From NCBI GenBank assembly GCA_051892935.1, contig JBJFGS010000039.1, positions 1-37,158 on the forward strand: a stretch of DNA of 37,158 nt, in the 5' to 3' direction. Numbering within the stretch: the stretch's first letter is position 1; the number at the start of each line of letters is the position of its first letter. The stretch comes from Candidatus Coprovivens sp. Its GTDB lineage: Bacteria; Bacillota_I; Bacilli_A; RF39; UBA660. Positions 28,477 through 37,158 of this stretch are shown in pieces. Both the position numbers and the translations under genes were made by a program. The notes beneath the pieces are model-generated. The model was given only the letters and a program-made list of their open reading frames with translations, was not told the origin of the DNA and made no database searches.

Positions 28477-30171
28477 TTATAGTTTTACTATTGGACCATA
28501 TTTTTCTTCTAGTTTCTTTATGCTATTGTCAGCTTGTTTTTTTATATTTTTATTGTGATGATTAATATTTGTTAAAACACCAATTGTTTGATATTCTAAT
28601 TGTTCTGTATTATTAAATATTCTTTCTGAGAATTCTTTTAATAATTGATATAAACTATCTGCTGTAATTGATAGTTCAAATACTTTTACTTTATTATTTG
28701 TGGTTTTATCTATGTCATAATCTTCGAATGTAAATATTGTATCTTCAAGGTTTCTACTTTTAAAACCTGGTACATAATCGATTTTATAAAAACCATGAGC
28801 GAATGAGTTTCGCATGTGACGAAATAAGTTTTTATAATCTTTATAAACTTTAGCTTTTTTTTGTTTTTCGGTTATATCTGTTATATTTTGTAAACATGTG
28901 CTATAAGCTGTTTGTAATAGCGCTAATTGAGTTTGCTTCATATTTATAAGGTTTGTTTTTTTAGGTTCTGGAACATTTGATTGCTGTAGACCTTGGATTT
29001 CTTTATTTTTAGAATTAATCTCATTTTCTAATTTTTGCTTTCTATTTTGTTCTAATAATAATTCATTATTATATCTAGCTGGCTCATCAACTATTTTAAT
29101 AGCTGGTTCACTTCCAAAAGTTTGAGGATTTATTTTTTTAGTCTTAAAATCATTATAATTAAATCCTTCTAATTCTTCTTTCTTTTCAGCTTCTCTTAAG
29201 TAATTAAAACAAAAGTATCCTAATTCTAATAAACTACTAGTGTATGCAAATGGTGCTTCGTAGTGCATACTTTGAAATTTTTCTGTTCCTTCTTTTGTTA
29301 AAGAGTTAAGTGCGTTTAGAAAGGGATAAAGAATGTAGTCTATGTTATTACCGGCATGGAGAGTATTTTCTAATAGGTGATGAAAATTATTATCTATTAT
29401 TTTTTTTCTTTCTGATACTGGTAGAGATATCCAGTTAGTTATTCCAATATACTTAATATAATAAAAGATTTTTTCTTTTTCTTCATCAGTTAATGTTCTT
29501 CCTGATGATGCTAGCTCTAAAAATGCTTGATTATAAGTATCAGGATTAATACCATTTGGAATAGAAAAGTTTTCTACTATAAGCATTTTATCTATAGATT
29601 GTTTTAAGACATTTAAGTTGCTTGATTTTTGTTCTATTATTTCTTTTAAACCACCTAAAATATTAGTTTTAGTTGCTATTCCTTCAAGAATAGATTGATA
29701 GATATTTTTAATTGTTTGTAGTTCATTTAAAGTCATATATCCTTCTATCTTTTCGTTTTCAAAATAGATGTAATATATTTTTTTGTCATTTTCTATAACT
29801 TCTTTTATTATAAAATTGGAATGAGCTAGGCAATTTTTAATTTGCTGTCTTATTGAGTCATCACTAGTAAAATCTGGTTTACAAGTAATTCTTGAATCAG
29901 GAATAATATCACTTTTTATGTTGGCTAATGCAGTATCAATTATTGTTTGTTCTTTTGGATCCATATTATTAAGTTTTTCATTTAAACGAGCTATTAATAT
30001 AGATAGAGAATTTATTTCTGTTCTTATAGCCGAAATATTGTTATATAAGACTTTGTGGAGTCTTTTTTCGGATCTTCTTGGTCCAGCATTTTTCCAATAG
30101 TCAATAACAAAGAAATATGTACTTAAAGTTCCAATTATATCTTCATATAAACCATATAAGTTGTTAGACAT
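28477..30171 (-). CDS. Putative tandem HEPN-domain protein with coiled coil
   Basis: RHMRNSFAHG (Rx4H) and degenerate QIKNCLAHS, each followed by similar beta-strand segments; heptad region between them. Confidence 0.6.
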   Translation of the reverse strand: MSNNLYGLYEDIIGTLSTYFFVIDYWKNAGPRRSEKRLHKVLYNNISAIRTEINSLSILIARLNEKLNNMDPKEQTIIDTALANIKSDIIPDSRITCKPDFTSDDSIRQQIKNCLAHSNFIIKEVIENDKKIYYIYFENEKIEGYMTLNELQTIKNIYQSILEGIATKTNILGGLKEIIEQKSSNLNVLKQSIDKMLIVENFSIPNGINPDTYNQAFLELASSGRTLTDEEKEKIFYYIKYIGITNWISLPVSERKKIIDNNFHHLLENTLHAGNNIDYILYPFLNALNSLTKEGTEKFQSMHYEAPFAYTSSLLELGYFCFNYLREAEKKEELEGFNYNDFKTKKINPQTFGSEPAIKIVDEPARYNNELLLEQNRKQKLENEINSKNKEIQGLQQSNVPEPKKTNLINMKQTQLALLQTAYSTCLQNITDITEKQKKAKVYKDYKNLFRHMRNSFAHGFYKIDYVPGFKSRNLEDTIFTFEDYDIDKTTNNKVKVFELSITADSLYQLLKEFSERIFNNTEQLEYQTIGVLTNINHHNKNIKKQADNSIKKLEEKYGPIVKL

Positions 30172-30196
30172 AATATCACCTATTTCATTATAACAT

Positions 30197-30218
30197 AAAA
30201 AAGAGGATGTTTCCTCTT
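30197..30218 (-). terminator. Intrinsic terminator of trmB
   Basis: AAGAGGA/TCCTCTT stem with U-tract. Confidence 0.7.
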
Positions 30219-30858
30219 ATCCGTTAAATGATGCATCTACATAATAGATTGGTTTTTTATCTTGAACACATTTCTTTTCCCAGTCAGTCATTATATTTCC
30301 TTTAACTGGTGATTCATCGTTATGTAAATCTAAACTAACTTTATTAAAGACATACCAGTATTGTGATAAAGTTTGTAATGAATATTGAAATAAACCTTTA
30401 TTATCTGTTTTTAGAATAATATGTTTATTCTTTTTAAATATTTTATCATACAATCTTAAATAGCCTTCATGAGTAAATCTTTTTTTCTCATCATGAGCTT
30501 TTGGCCATGGTTCAGAAAATGTTAAATAAATTGTTGTTATTTCTTTACCAAAAATGTTATCGATATCATGAGCATCGGTACATATTAATCTTAAATTAGG
30601 TATATTTTGGTTATTTAATTTTTGAACTGCTTTAACTAATTGATCATCACTTATTTCTAAACCAACAAAGTTGATTTTAGGATAAGCTTTGGCCATATTA
30701 ATAATAAAGTCTCCTCTACCAGTACCTAATTCTAAGTGAATTGGATTATTATTACCAAATTCTTCATTCCATTTATTTTTTTTACTTGTTGGATTTTGAA
30801 TTATATAATTGGATCTATTGATTATTTTATCAGCATCTTTAAATGATTTGTATTGCAT
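30217..30858 (-). CDS. trmB: tRNA (guanine46-N7)-methyltransferase family protein
   Basis: HLELGTGRGDF, FSEPWPK..KKRFT and LKTDN motifs. Confidence 0.88.
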   Translation of the reverse strand: MQYKSFKDADKIINRSNYIIQNPTSKKNKWNEEFGNNNPIHLELGTGRGDFIINMAKAYPKINFVGLEISDDQLVKAVQKLNNQNIPNLRLICTDAHDIDNIFGKEITTIYLTFSEPWPKAHDEKKRFTHEGYLRLYDKIFKKNKHIILKTDNKGLFQYSLQTLSQYWYVFNKVSLDLHNDESPVKGNIMTDWEKKCVQDKKPIYYVDASFNG

Positions 30859-30935
30859 GGTACATCTCCTTTTTTATTATCATAAGAAAAATATATTGAT
30901 TGCTTTAGATATTTAATAATACTTTTATTATTTTG

Positions 30936-31415
30936 TCAATCGTTTTGTTGTTTTATTTCTTTATCTATTATTATTGTAACATATATACCAACTATTAAAG
31001 ATATGAATCCTATAGTAAATAATACTACTTTAAAAATAGTTTCTGTTTTAGCTATTATACTTATAATAGTTAATATAATAAATAGAATTAAACATATTAC
31101 TTGAGTTATTATTTTCAATCTACAAAGTATTATATTATTTATTTCTTCTTGTTTTTTTAGATTCAATAAGTTTTTTTCTGCTTCTTTAATATAGTTTTCT
31201 TCTTCTATTTTTTTACCACTAATTAATTCGTTGATACTAATATTTAGTTCTCTACATAAACTAGGCATAATTGATACTTCGGGAAGTTTTTTACCTGTTT
31301 TCCATTTATTTATAGTTTTTATTGGTACTTTTATTCTAGTACTTAGTTCTTTATCAGATATATTTTTATTATCTAAACATTCTTTGATGAATTTACCTAT
31401 TTGTTCTTTATCCAT
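30936..31415 (-). CDS. XRE-family HTH regulator with two C-terminal TM helices
   Basis: IGKFI...INKWKTGKKLP...LNISINELISG. Confidence 0.85.
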   Translation of the reverse strand: MDKEQIGKFIKECLDNKNISDKELSTRIKVPIKTINKWKTGKKLPEVSIMPSLCRELNISINELISGKKIEEENYIKEAEKNLLNLKKQEEINNIILCRLKIITQVICLILFIILTIISIIAKTETIFKVVLFTIGFISLIVGIYVTIIIDKEIKQQND

Positions 31416-31483
31416 TATAATCTTCCTATCTTTATATGTTTATTCTATCATAAATTATTGAGATAAAACTATATATTTTGTTT

Positions 31484-32044
31484 TTATATTATATTTAAAT
31501 GTTCTAATAATATTTTTATACCTAGTATTATTAAGATTATTCCTCCTAATATTTGGGATTTCTTTTCGTATTTAGTACCAAATTTAATACCTAGTATTAC
31601 TCCTATTGTCGACATAATAAATGTTGTTATACCTATTATAAGAGAGGATATTATAATATTTACTTTTAGGAATGATAAGGTTATTCCTGCTACTAAAGCA
31701 TCTATACTTGTTGCAAATGCTAGTGGAATCATTGATTTTATACTAGTACTATCATTTTCTGATATATTATTGTTACTTAGTACATCAAAGAGCATTTTTA
31801 CACCAATAGATGTTAATAGAACAAAAGCTATCCAATGGTCTATTTCAATTATTAAGTCTTTTATAGTGTGACTTATTAAGTATCCTAATATAGGCATAAT
31901 TCCTTGGAATATACCAAAATATAAAGCTACTATTATAATTTTTTTCGATTTGCTTTTTTTCATTGATAAACCTTTACTAATAGCTGCTGCACAGGCATCC
32001 ATTGATAGACCAAATCCTGTAAAGAATATTTCAATTAATTTCAT
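31484..32044 (-). CDS. mntP: Manganese efflux pump MntP
   Basis: GLSMDA, FQGIMP, DHWIAF, ATSIDAL and GGIILIILG motifs. Confidence 0.93.
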   Translation of the reverse strand: MKLIEIFFTGFGLSMDACAAAISKGLSMKKSKSKKIIIVALYFGIFQGIMPILGYLISHTIKDLIIEIDHWIAFVLLTSIGVKMLFDVLSNNNISENDSTSIKSMIPLAFATSIDALVAGITLSFLKVNIIISSLIIGITTFIMSTIGVILGIKFGTKYEKKSQILGGIILIILGIKILLEHLNII

Positions 32045-32066
32045 TTTTTTCCTTCTTTCTTATAGT

Positions 32067-32107
32067 AAAAAACTTATTTACACTACGAATAAAGCGCAAA
32101 TAAGTTT
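32067..32107 (-). terminator. Terminator-like hairpin in the mntP leader
   Basis: 15-bp stem AAACTTATTTGCGCT/AGTGTAAATAAGTTT with two G-U pairs, ending in a U-tract. Confidence 0.7.
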
Positions 32108-32225
32108 GATAAAATCTTTTTTCTTGGTTATATAGAATTATATGCTTAATAATTTGTTATATGTATTTTGCTAATTCCAATAGTATTATTTTTATTTTTT
32201 GGCCAATAGTAGTAATGGTGGTTAT

Positions 32226-32723
32226 ATGAAATATATAAATGAATTCTTTTTATATTCTATTTTGGGGCATCTTATAGAATCATTGTTTTATTTTATTTTT
32301 AAAATAGATGGTAAAAGTGGTTTTTTATATTTATGGTGGACTCCAGTATATGGAATTGGTATTCTTGTAGCTTATTATTTTTATAAAAGATTTAAAGTAA
32401 TAAAGAATAAATATATTAGATATAGTAGTTTATTTTTGGGTTATTTTTTTGTTTTTTCTATTTTAGAGTGTATAGGAGGAACTTTGTTAGAAAAATTATA
32501 TGGTTATTCTTTTTGGAATTATTTGAATATTCCTTTACATATTGGAAAGTATGTTTCTGTTTTTACTTCTATTGGTTGGTCTATTATGGCTTTTCTATAT
32601 ATTTTTTGTTTTAAGAAAATTACAGATAAAGTTATCAAATATATTCCTAGATGGTTAACAGTATTTCTTATTATAGTATTTATTTTTGATATATTGTTTT
32701 CTTTATTAGAAGTTATTTATTAA
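32226..32723 (+). CDS. Putative ABC transporter permease-like membrane protein (CmpB type)
   Basis: FFLYSILGHLIE, GFLY..WTPVYGIG and FWNY; GGTGG RBS supports the ATG at 32226. Confidence 0.8.
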   Translation: MKYINEFFLYSILGHLIESLFYFIFKIDGKSGFLYLWWTPVYGIGILVAYYFYKRFKVIKNKYIRYSSLFLGYFFVFSILECIGGTLLEKLYGYSFWNYLNIPLHIGKYVSVFTSIGWSIMAFLYIFCFKKITDKVIKYIPRWLTVFLIIVFIFDILFSLLEVIY

Positions 32724-32726
32724 AAT

Positions 32727-32749
32727 AAGGCAATTAAATTAATTGCCTT
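32727..32749. terminator. Hairpin between convergent genes
   Basis: AAGGCAATTAA-a-TTAATTGCCTT. Confidence 0.6.
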
Positions 32750-33425
32750 GTTTTAATTCTTCAATATCTTTATCATTGGTAATGTTACCATTACCACTTA
32801 CTGGAATTGATTCTCCTAAGTAGGTTGGTTTTATATTAAGTAATACTTGGAAAAAGTCTTTATTTCTTGCTAATGCTTCTCTTCCTTCTCTAATTAATTG
32901 ATTTGAATATTTTCTTGGATCAGCACCTACTCCATAACTTTCTATTCCTAATTCTTTTGCAATATATAGTGCTCTATATAGATGGTATTTTTGAGTTACG
33001 ATGATTGCTTTTTTGACGTTGAATATTTCTTTTGCACGATAGATACTTTCATAAGTAGAAAATCCTGCATGATCCATAAATATATCTTCTGATGGTACTC
33101 CAGCTGATATGGCATAATATTTCATAATATTTACTTCATCATAATCTTCTTGACCATGGTCTCCACTCATAATAATCTTAGAAGCAAGACCTTTTTGGTA
33201 AAGATTTATCGCTTCATCTAAACGATCTTTTAACATTGGACTTGGTTTATTATCCCATATTCCAGCTCCTAATACTAGGATACAATCTATATTTTTAGGG
33301 TTATCTATATTATTAGAAGTTAGTATTAATTTCCGTGTAGTAGCTATTACATATAAATTAATAGATATTGTTATAGTTATTATTATAAAAATTATAATAC
33401 AAGATATTTTAATTAAATGTTTCAT
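32739..33425 (-). CDS. SanA/YdcF (DUF218) family protein
   Basis: ILVLGAG, DRLDEA, IMSGD, DHAGFSTYES and VTQKYHLYRA motifs. Confidence 0.92.
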   Translation of the reverse strand: MKHLIKISCIIIFIIITITISINLYVIATTRKLILTSNNIDNPKNIDCILVLGAGIWDNKPSPMLKDRLDEAINLYQKGLASKIIMSGDHGQEDYDEVNIMKYYAISAGVPSEDIFMDHAGFSTYESIYRAKEIFNVKKAIIVTQKYHLYRALYIAKELGIESYGVGADPRKYSNQLIREGREALARNKDFFQVLLNIKPTYLGESIPVSGNGNITNDKDIEELKQGN

Positions 33426-33435
33426 ATTGTATCAC

Positions 33436-33957
33436 CTATATTATTATTTTTAGACCTTCTTCACAATGATGACAGAATTCTTCAATATTAAGACCATATT
33501 TAGGAGTTTGGTATTCTCTTAATATTAAATTATCTTTATCATAATTATTATTTAATTCAGATATAATAAATTTTTGATAAACATCTTTTAATAATTCATT
33601 TAAACTATTATATTTATGTATTCCTTTGTATCTTGCCCAGGAGTGTTCAAACCAATAATATTTATTATTATCTTTATATACTAAGAATGTATGTGTGGGA
33701 CAAGTATTATTATCATAATGAATTATAAAATAAGTTTTGACTTTATATTTTGTATTTTTAAAATAGTATCTTTCTAGTTCTACTTGATCCCAACATACCC
33801 CAATTTTATTATTAATTGTTTCTTCTGGTGATTGTAATTTATAATATTTGTTAAATGAATCGTCAAATGTTGTATGGATGGTGTTTTTGGTATCACACCA
33901 TCCATATTCTATATTTTCCATTAAATTCATTATCATATCAGTTGAATACTCTTTCAT
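33436..33957 (-). CDS. Transglutaminase/papain-like fold protein of unknown function
   Basis: GVCWDQ, THTF and WFEHSW (Cys-His-Glu pattern). Confidence 0.6.
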   Translation of the reverse strand: MKEYSTDMIMNLMENIEYGWCDTKNTIHTTFDDSFNKYYKLQSPEETINNKIGVCWDQVELERYYFKNTKYKVKTYFIIHYDNNTCPTHTFLVYKDNNKYYWFEHSWARYKGIHKYNSLNELLKDVYQKFIISELNNNYDKDNLILREYQTPKYGLNIEEFCHHCEEGLKIII

Positions 33958-34022
33958 ATAATCGTTCCTTTGTTATTTTATTATAACATGATATATTATA
34001 AATTAATATAAACGAAAATACT

Positions 34023-34406
34023 TTAGTTAAAAGCTATTTCAACATTTAATTCCTCATCCTTAATGGCTATATAAAGAAATATTGCTCCACTGATAGCAAT
34101 TAATAATGAACCAATAAAAGATAATGTAGTTAAAGATTTAGTTTTATTATCAGTTGTTGGCTTTAAACTTTTTAGGTCTTCTAAAGAATCTTTTAAGAAA
34201 TATATGTATACTATTATAAGAATAGAAAAGATTATAATCATTATTTTTCGATATTCTTTTTTACTTTGAAGATTATTATTAATAAAGTAATCTCTTTCAT
34301 AATGATTAGATAACCAACTCATGAAAATAATGCCTATATAAATAAGCCAGATAAAATCTTCTGTATCTAGTTGCTTTAATTTTCTTTCTAATTCTTTTTT
34401 ACTCAT
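34023..34406 (-). CDS. Hypothetical three-TM membrane protein
   Basis: 127 aa with three hydrophobic segments; no clear RBS. Confidence 0.65.
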   Translation of the reverse strand: MSKKELERKLKQLDTEDFIWLIYIGIIFMSWLSNHYERDYFINNNLQSKKEYRKIMIIIFSILIIVYIYFLKDSLEDLKSLKPTTDNKTKSLTTLSFIGSLLIAISGAIFLYIAIKDEELNVEIAFN

Positions 34407-34570
34407 ATTCTATTTTATGAGTTTTATCTTTTATTGGGAATAATATATTTTAGATAAATGAATATAATTAAACGTAGTATTTGTATTGTATATGTAATGT
34501 AAATTAATTATTTATTAAAGATTTTCATATAAAAATTGTAGTATAATTTTCTTTAGGAAGAGGTGTATAT

Positions 34571-35563
34571 ATGCTCGTCTTAGCAAAAGCAGCGATGGCT
34601 ATGATGCTTGGTTTTATACTATCAATTGTAGCTGGATTAATATTAATACCGTTATTTAAGAAAATAAAAGCTGGTCAAAATGTAAGTACTACTATAGGAG
34701 AAAGACATATGAAAAAGAATGGAACTCCTACTTTGGGTGGTTTTATATTTATAATACCTACTATTGTTACATTATTATTACTTAAGATTAAAGGTAGTAT
34801 TGATATATCGTATAATCTCTTAATAATAATGATTGTTTTTTTAGCTTATGGTTTACTTGGTTTTATCGATGATTGGTTAAAAATAAAATACCATAATAAT
34901 AAAGGTTTAAGTATTATGTTTAAATTATTATGTCAAATGGTAATTGCTTTAGTATTTTTCTATATATATATATCTAATGGTGGATCTCCGGTTGTAGAAG
35001 TTTCTTCAATTGGACTTAGATTAGATTTAGGTTGGGTTTATGGTTTATTTATATTATTCTTACTGGTAGGTTCATCTAATGCGGTTAATATTACTGATGG
35101 ATTAGATGGTTTAGCTGGTGGTCTTTCTGCAATTGCTTTTCTAGCTTTTGGATTACTTGCTTGGAATGCAAGTTGGATGGAAGGTGCCCAAGAAGTTGGT
35201 ATTTTCTGTTTTGTATTAGTTGGTAGTTTATTGGGATTCTTAGTATTTAATTCTTATCCAGCAAAAGTATTTATGGGAGATACTGGTTCACTTGCTTTAG
35301 GTGGAGCACTTGCTGCTATTGCTATACTAACTAAGCACGAATTACTACTTGCTGTTGTTGGTGGAATATTTGTTATTGAAACATTATCATCTTTGATACA
35401 AATGGTTGCTATAATATATTTTAATAAGAAAATCTTTAAAATGGCTCCTATTCATCATCACTTTGAACAATGTGGTTGGGAAGAAAGAGATATTGTTAAA
35501 TTATTCTATGTAGTTGGCTTATTATTAGCTATGGCCGCTATTACATATGGTGTGTGGTTATAA
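34571..35563 (+). CDS. mraY: Phospho-N-acetylmuramoyl-pentapeptide transferase
   Basis: KNGTPTLGG, GFIDD, NAVNITDGLDGL, VFMGDTGS and MAPIHHHFE motifs. Confidence 0.97.
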   Translation: MLVLAKAAMAMMLGFILSIVAGLILIPLFKKIKAGQNVSTTIGERHMKKNGTPTLGGFIFIIPTIVTLLLLKIKGSIDISYNLLIIMIVFLAYGLLGFIDDWLKIKYHNNKGLSIMFKLLCQMVIALVFFYIYISNGGSPVVEVSSIGLRLDLGWVYGLFILFLLVGSSNAVNITDGLDGLAGGLSAIAFLAFGLLAWNASWMEGAQEVGIFCFVLVGSLLGFLVFNSYPAKVFMGDTGSLALGGALAAIAILTKHELLLAVVGGIFVIETLSSLIQMVAIIYFNKKIFKMAPIHHHFEQCGWEERDIVKLFYVVGLLLAMAAITYGVWL

Positions 35564-35594
35564 AAAAAATTAACTTGTTTAGTTAATTTTTTTT
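35562..35594. terminator. Bidirectional terminator
   Basis: AAAAAAAATTAACT/AGTTAATTTTTTTT. Confidence 0.7.
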
Positions 35595-36472
35595 AATTTG
35601 GCTACATAGAAACCTTCATAGTACTTTGAAGGCATTACACATAAAGTTCCTTCGATAGTTACTGGTAGTTTTGGTATATCTGAATATTCTGATAAATCTA
35701 AGTATACTATTTCAATGTTATTATTTTTAGATAAGATATAGTTTATTATTTCTTCATTTTCTTCTTTTAGGATACTGCATGTAGAATAGATTATTTCTCC
35801 TCCTACTTTAAGATGTTTTATAGCTTCTGTAAGTAAAGATTTTTGAAAGTTAGTTGATCTATTTACTAAGTCTTCACTAAAGTTATCAAAGTTATTATTT
35901 GTAAAAGTTCCTGATCCACTACATGGAGAGTCTAGAAGAATTTTATCAAACATAAAGTATTCATTTAGATTGCGAGCATCAGTATTAAGAACTGTTACTT
36001 TTTTAGCTCCTTGTTTATCAATATTATATCGTAGTTTTTCACTACGTATTTTATTTTTTTCAATTGCTGTTATCATTGCTTTATTATTAGATAGTGCTGC
36101 TATTTCAGTTGTTTTCCCACCTGGTGCTGCTGTCATGTCTAGAATCATTTCGTTATCTTGAGGATTTAGAAATAATGGTGGGAGTTGAGAAGATAGACTT
36201 TGTAAGTATATTTTGCCAGCTTTATAGATGTCTAGATTTCTTAAATCTTCTTCGGTTTTATTAGTTATTACTAAGGCATTTTCTGACCAAGATATAGTTT
36301 CATAAGTTATATTTTGTTCTTCTAAGTATTTAGTTATTTCTTCTTTAGTGGATTTAATAGTATTAATTCTAAGTGATACTATTTTACTTTTAGAGAATGT
36401 TTCTAATATAATTTTTACTTGTTTCTCATCATATTCATTAGTTATTTTCTCTTTTAGGAAATCTGGAAGCAT
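35579..36472 (-). CDS. RsmB/RsmF (NOL1/NOP2/Sun) RNA m5C methyltransferase
   Basis: LDMTAAPGGKT, LLDSPCSGSG and YSTCS motifs. Confidence 0.93.
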   Translation of the reverse strand: MLPDFLKEKITNEYDEKQVKIILETFSKSKIVSLRINTIKSTKEEITKYLEEQNITYETISWSENALVITNKTEEDLRNLDIYKAGKIYLQSLSSQLPPLFLNPQDNEMILDMTAAPGGKTTEIAALSNNKAMITAIEKNKIRSEKLRYNIDKQGAKKVTVLNTDARNLNEYFMFDKILLDSPCSGSGTFTNNNFDNFSEDLVNRSTNFQKSLLTEAIKHLKVGGEIIYSTCSILKEENEEIINYILSKNNNIEIVYLDLSEYSDIPKLPVTIEGTLCVMPSKYYEGFYVAKLKKIN

Positions 36473-36502
36473 ATGTCACCTCTTTTATATCTTTGTATCT
36501 TA

Positions 36503-37158
36503 TTATTCTTTATCATAATCATCTAAGAAGGAATGTCTTTCTCCGTCTTTGTGATAACCTAGTACACAATTTAAATTTATATTATCTAGAGATTTAAAAA
36601 TATTATGATCGATGTCTTTATATTTTGTTCTTAAAGTAGCAATAAGTTCTTTCATTTCTTTTCTTTTACTTAAACCTTCATTTTCTTTAGCTGATTCAGT
36701 AAATTTACATGCACAGTTTAAAAACTCTAATTCATTATAATTTTTCCAAGATATTATGTCTGCTTCTTTGATTAAGTATAGAGGGCGAATTAGTTCCATA
36801 CCATTAAAGTTATCACTATGAAGTTTTGGTATCATAGTTTTTATTTCAGCACCATATAACATAGATAATAAAGTAGTTTCAATTACATCATCGAAATGAT
36901 GACCCAAAGCAATTTTATTACATCCTAGTTCTTGAGCTTTATTATATAAATGTCCCCTTCTCATACGAGCACACATGTAACAAGGATTTTCAGAATTTAG
37001 CGAATTAGCTACTTCAAAAATATCAGTTTCAAATATTTCGATTGGAATATTCATTAATTTGGCATTTTTTTCGATGTACTCTCTATTCTTTTTGTTATAT
37101 CCTGGATCCATTACTACATAGTGAGCATCAAAAGGAATTTGACCATGTCTTTTTAACT
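36503..37158 (-). CDS. ttcA: TtcA-family tRNA thiolation protein, 5' end outside the window
   Basis: PCYMCARMRRG, IALGHHFDD and LIRPL; frame stays open to the window edge. Confidence 0.85.
   Translation of the reverse strand, partial: LKRHGQIPFDAHYVVMDPGYNKKNREYIEKNAKLMNIPIEIFETDIFEVANSLNSENPCYMCARMRRGHLYNKAQELGCNKIALGHHFDDVIETTLLSMLYGAEIKTMIPKLHSDNFNGMELIRPLYLIKEADIISWKNYNELEFLNCACKFTESAKENEGLSKRKEMKELIATLRTKYKDIDHNIFKSLDNINLNCVLGYHKDGERHSFLDDYDKE

Noticed and set aside
28477-30171. Cas13-like effector
   Set aside because: Has two HEPN-like motifs but is short, one motif is degenerate, and there is no repeat array or room for an ncRNA beside it.
30936-30938. Alternative genetic code (UGA as Trp) suggested by low GC
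   Set aside because: Conserved genes translate fully under code 11, Trp codons I checked are TGG, and TGA ends this ORF.
532-36161. Short 60-100 aa ORFs nested in or antisense to recognised genes
   Set aside because: No independent RBS or protein motifs noticed; expected shadow ORFs.

Overview
Very AT-rich bacterial chromosomal window, standard genetic code, mostly minus-strand genes, most consistent with a reduced low-GC Bacillota (RF39-like Bacilli is my inference). Housekeeping genes include pyrH, maf, trmB, mntP, a SanA/DUF218 gene, mraY, an RsmB/RsmF-type methylase and a partial ttcA-like gene. Spore-cortex-type spoVE and spoVD flank a D,D-carboxypeptidase. Accessory content: a class B sortase, a TnpA-only IS200 element and a 1710-aa vWA/MucBP adhesin; a WXG100-like three-gene cluster ending in an anchored C39-like peptidase; and a tandem-HEPN protein next to a GNAT gene. 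The most interesting unannotated signals are: (1) a promoter, leader peptide and terminator arranged like an attenuator in front of pyrH, with a second such leader in front of the adhesin and an orphan leader terminator in front of mntP; (2) the WXG100 cluster and a shared non-canonical PxT[KR]VD sorting motif; (3) the double-HEPN plus GNAT pair; (4) a perfect 34-bp direct repeat bracketing the adhesin and IS200; (5) 5'/3' UTR complementarity in the IS200; (6) a homopolymer frameshift hiding the real start of a membrane gene. No CRISPR array, tRNA or rRNA was seen. All calls were made by eye, without database searches.
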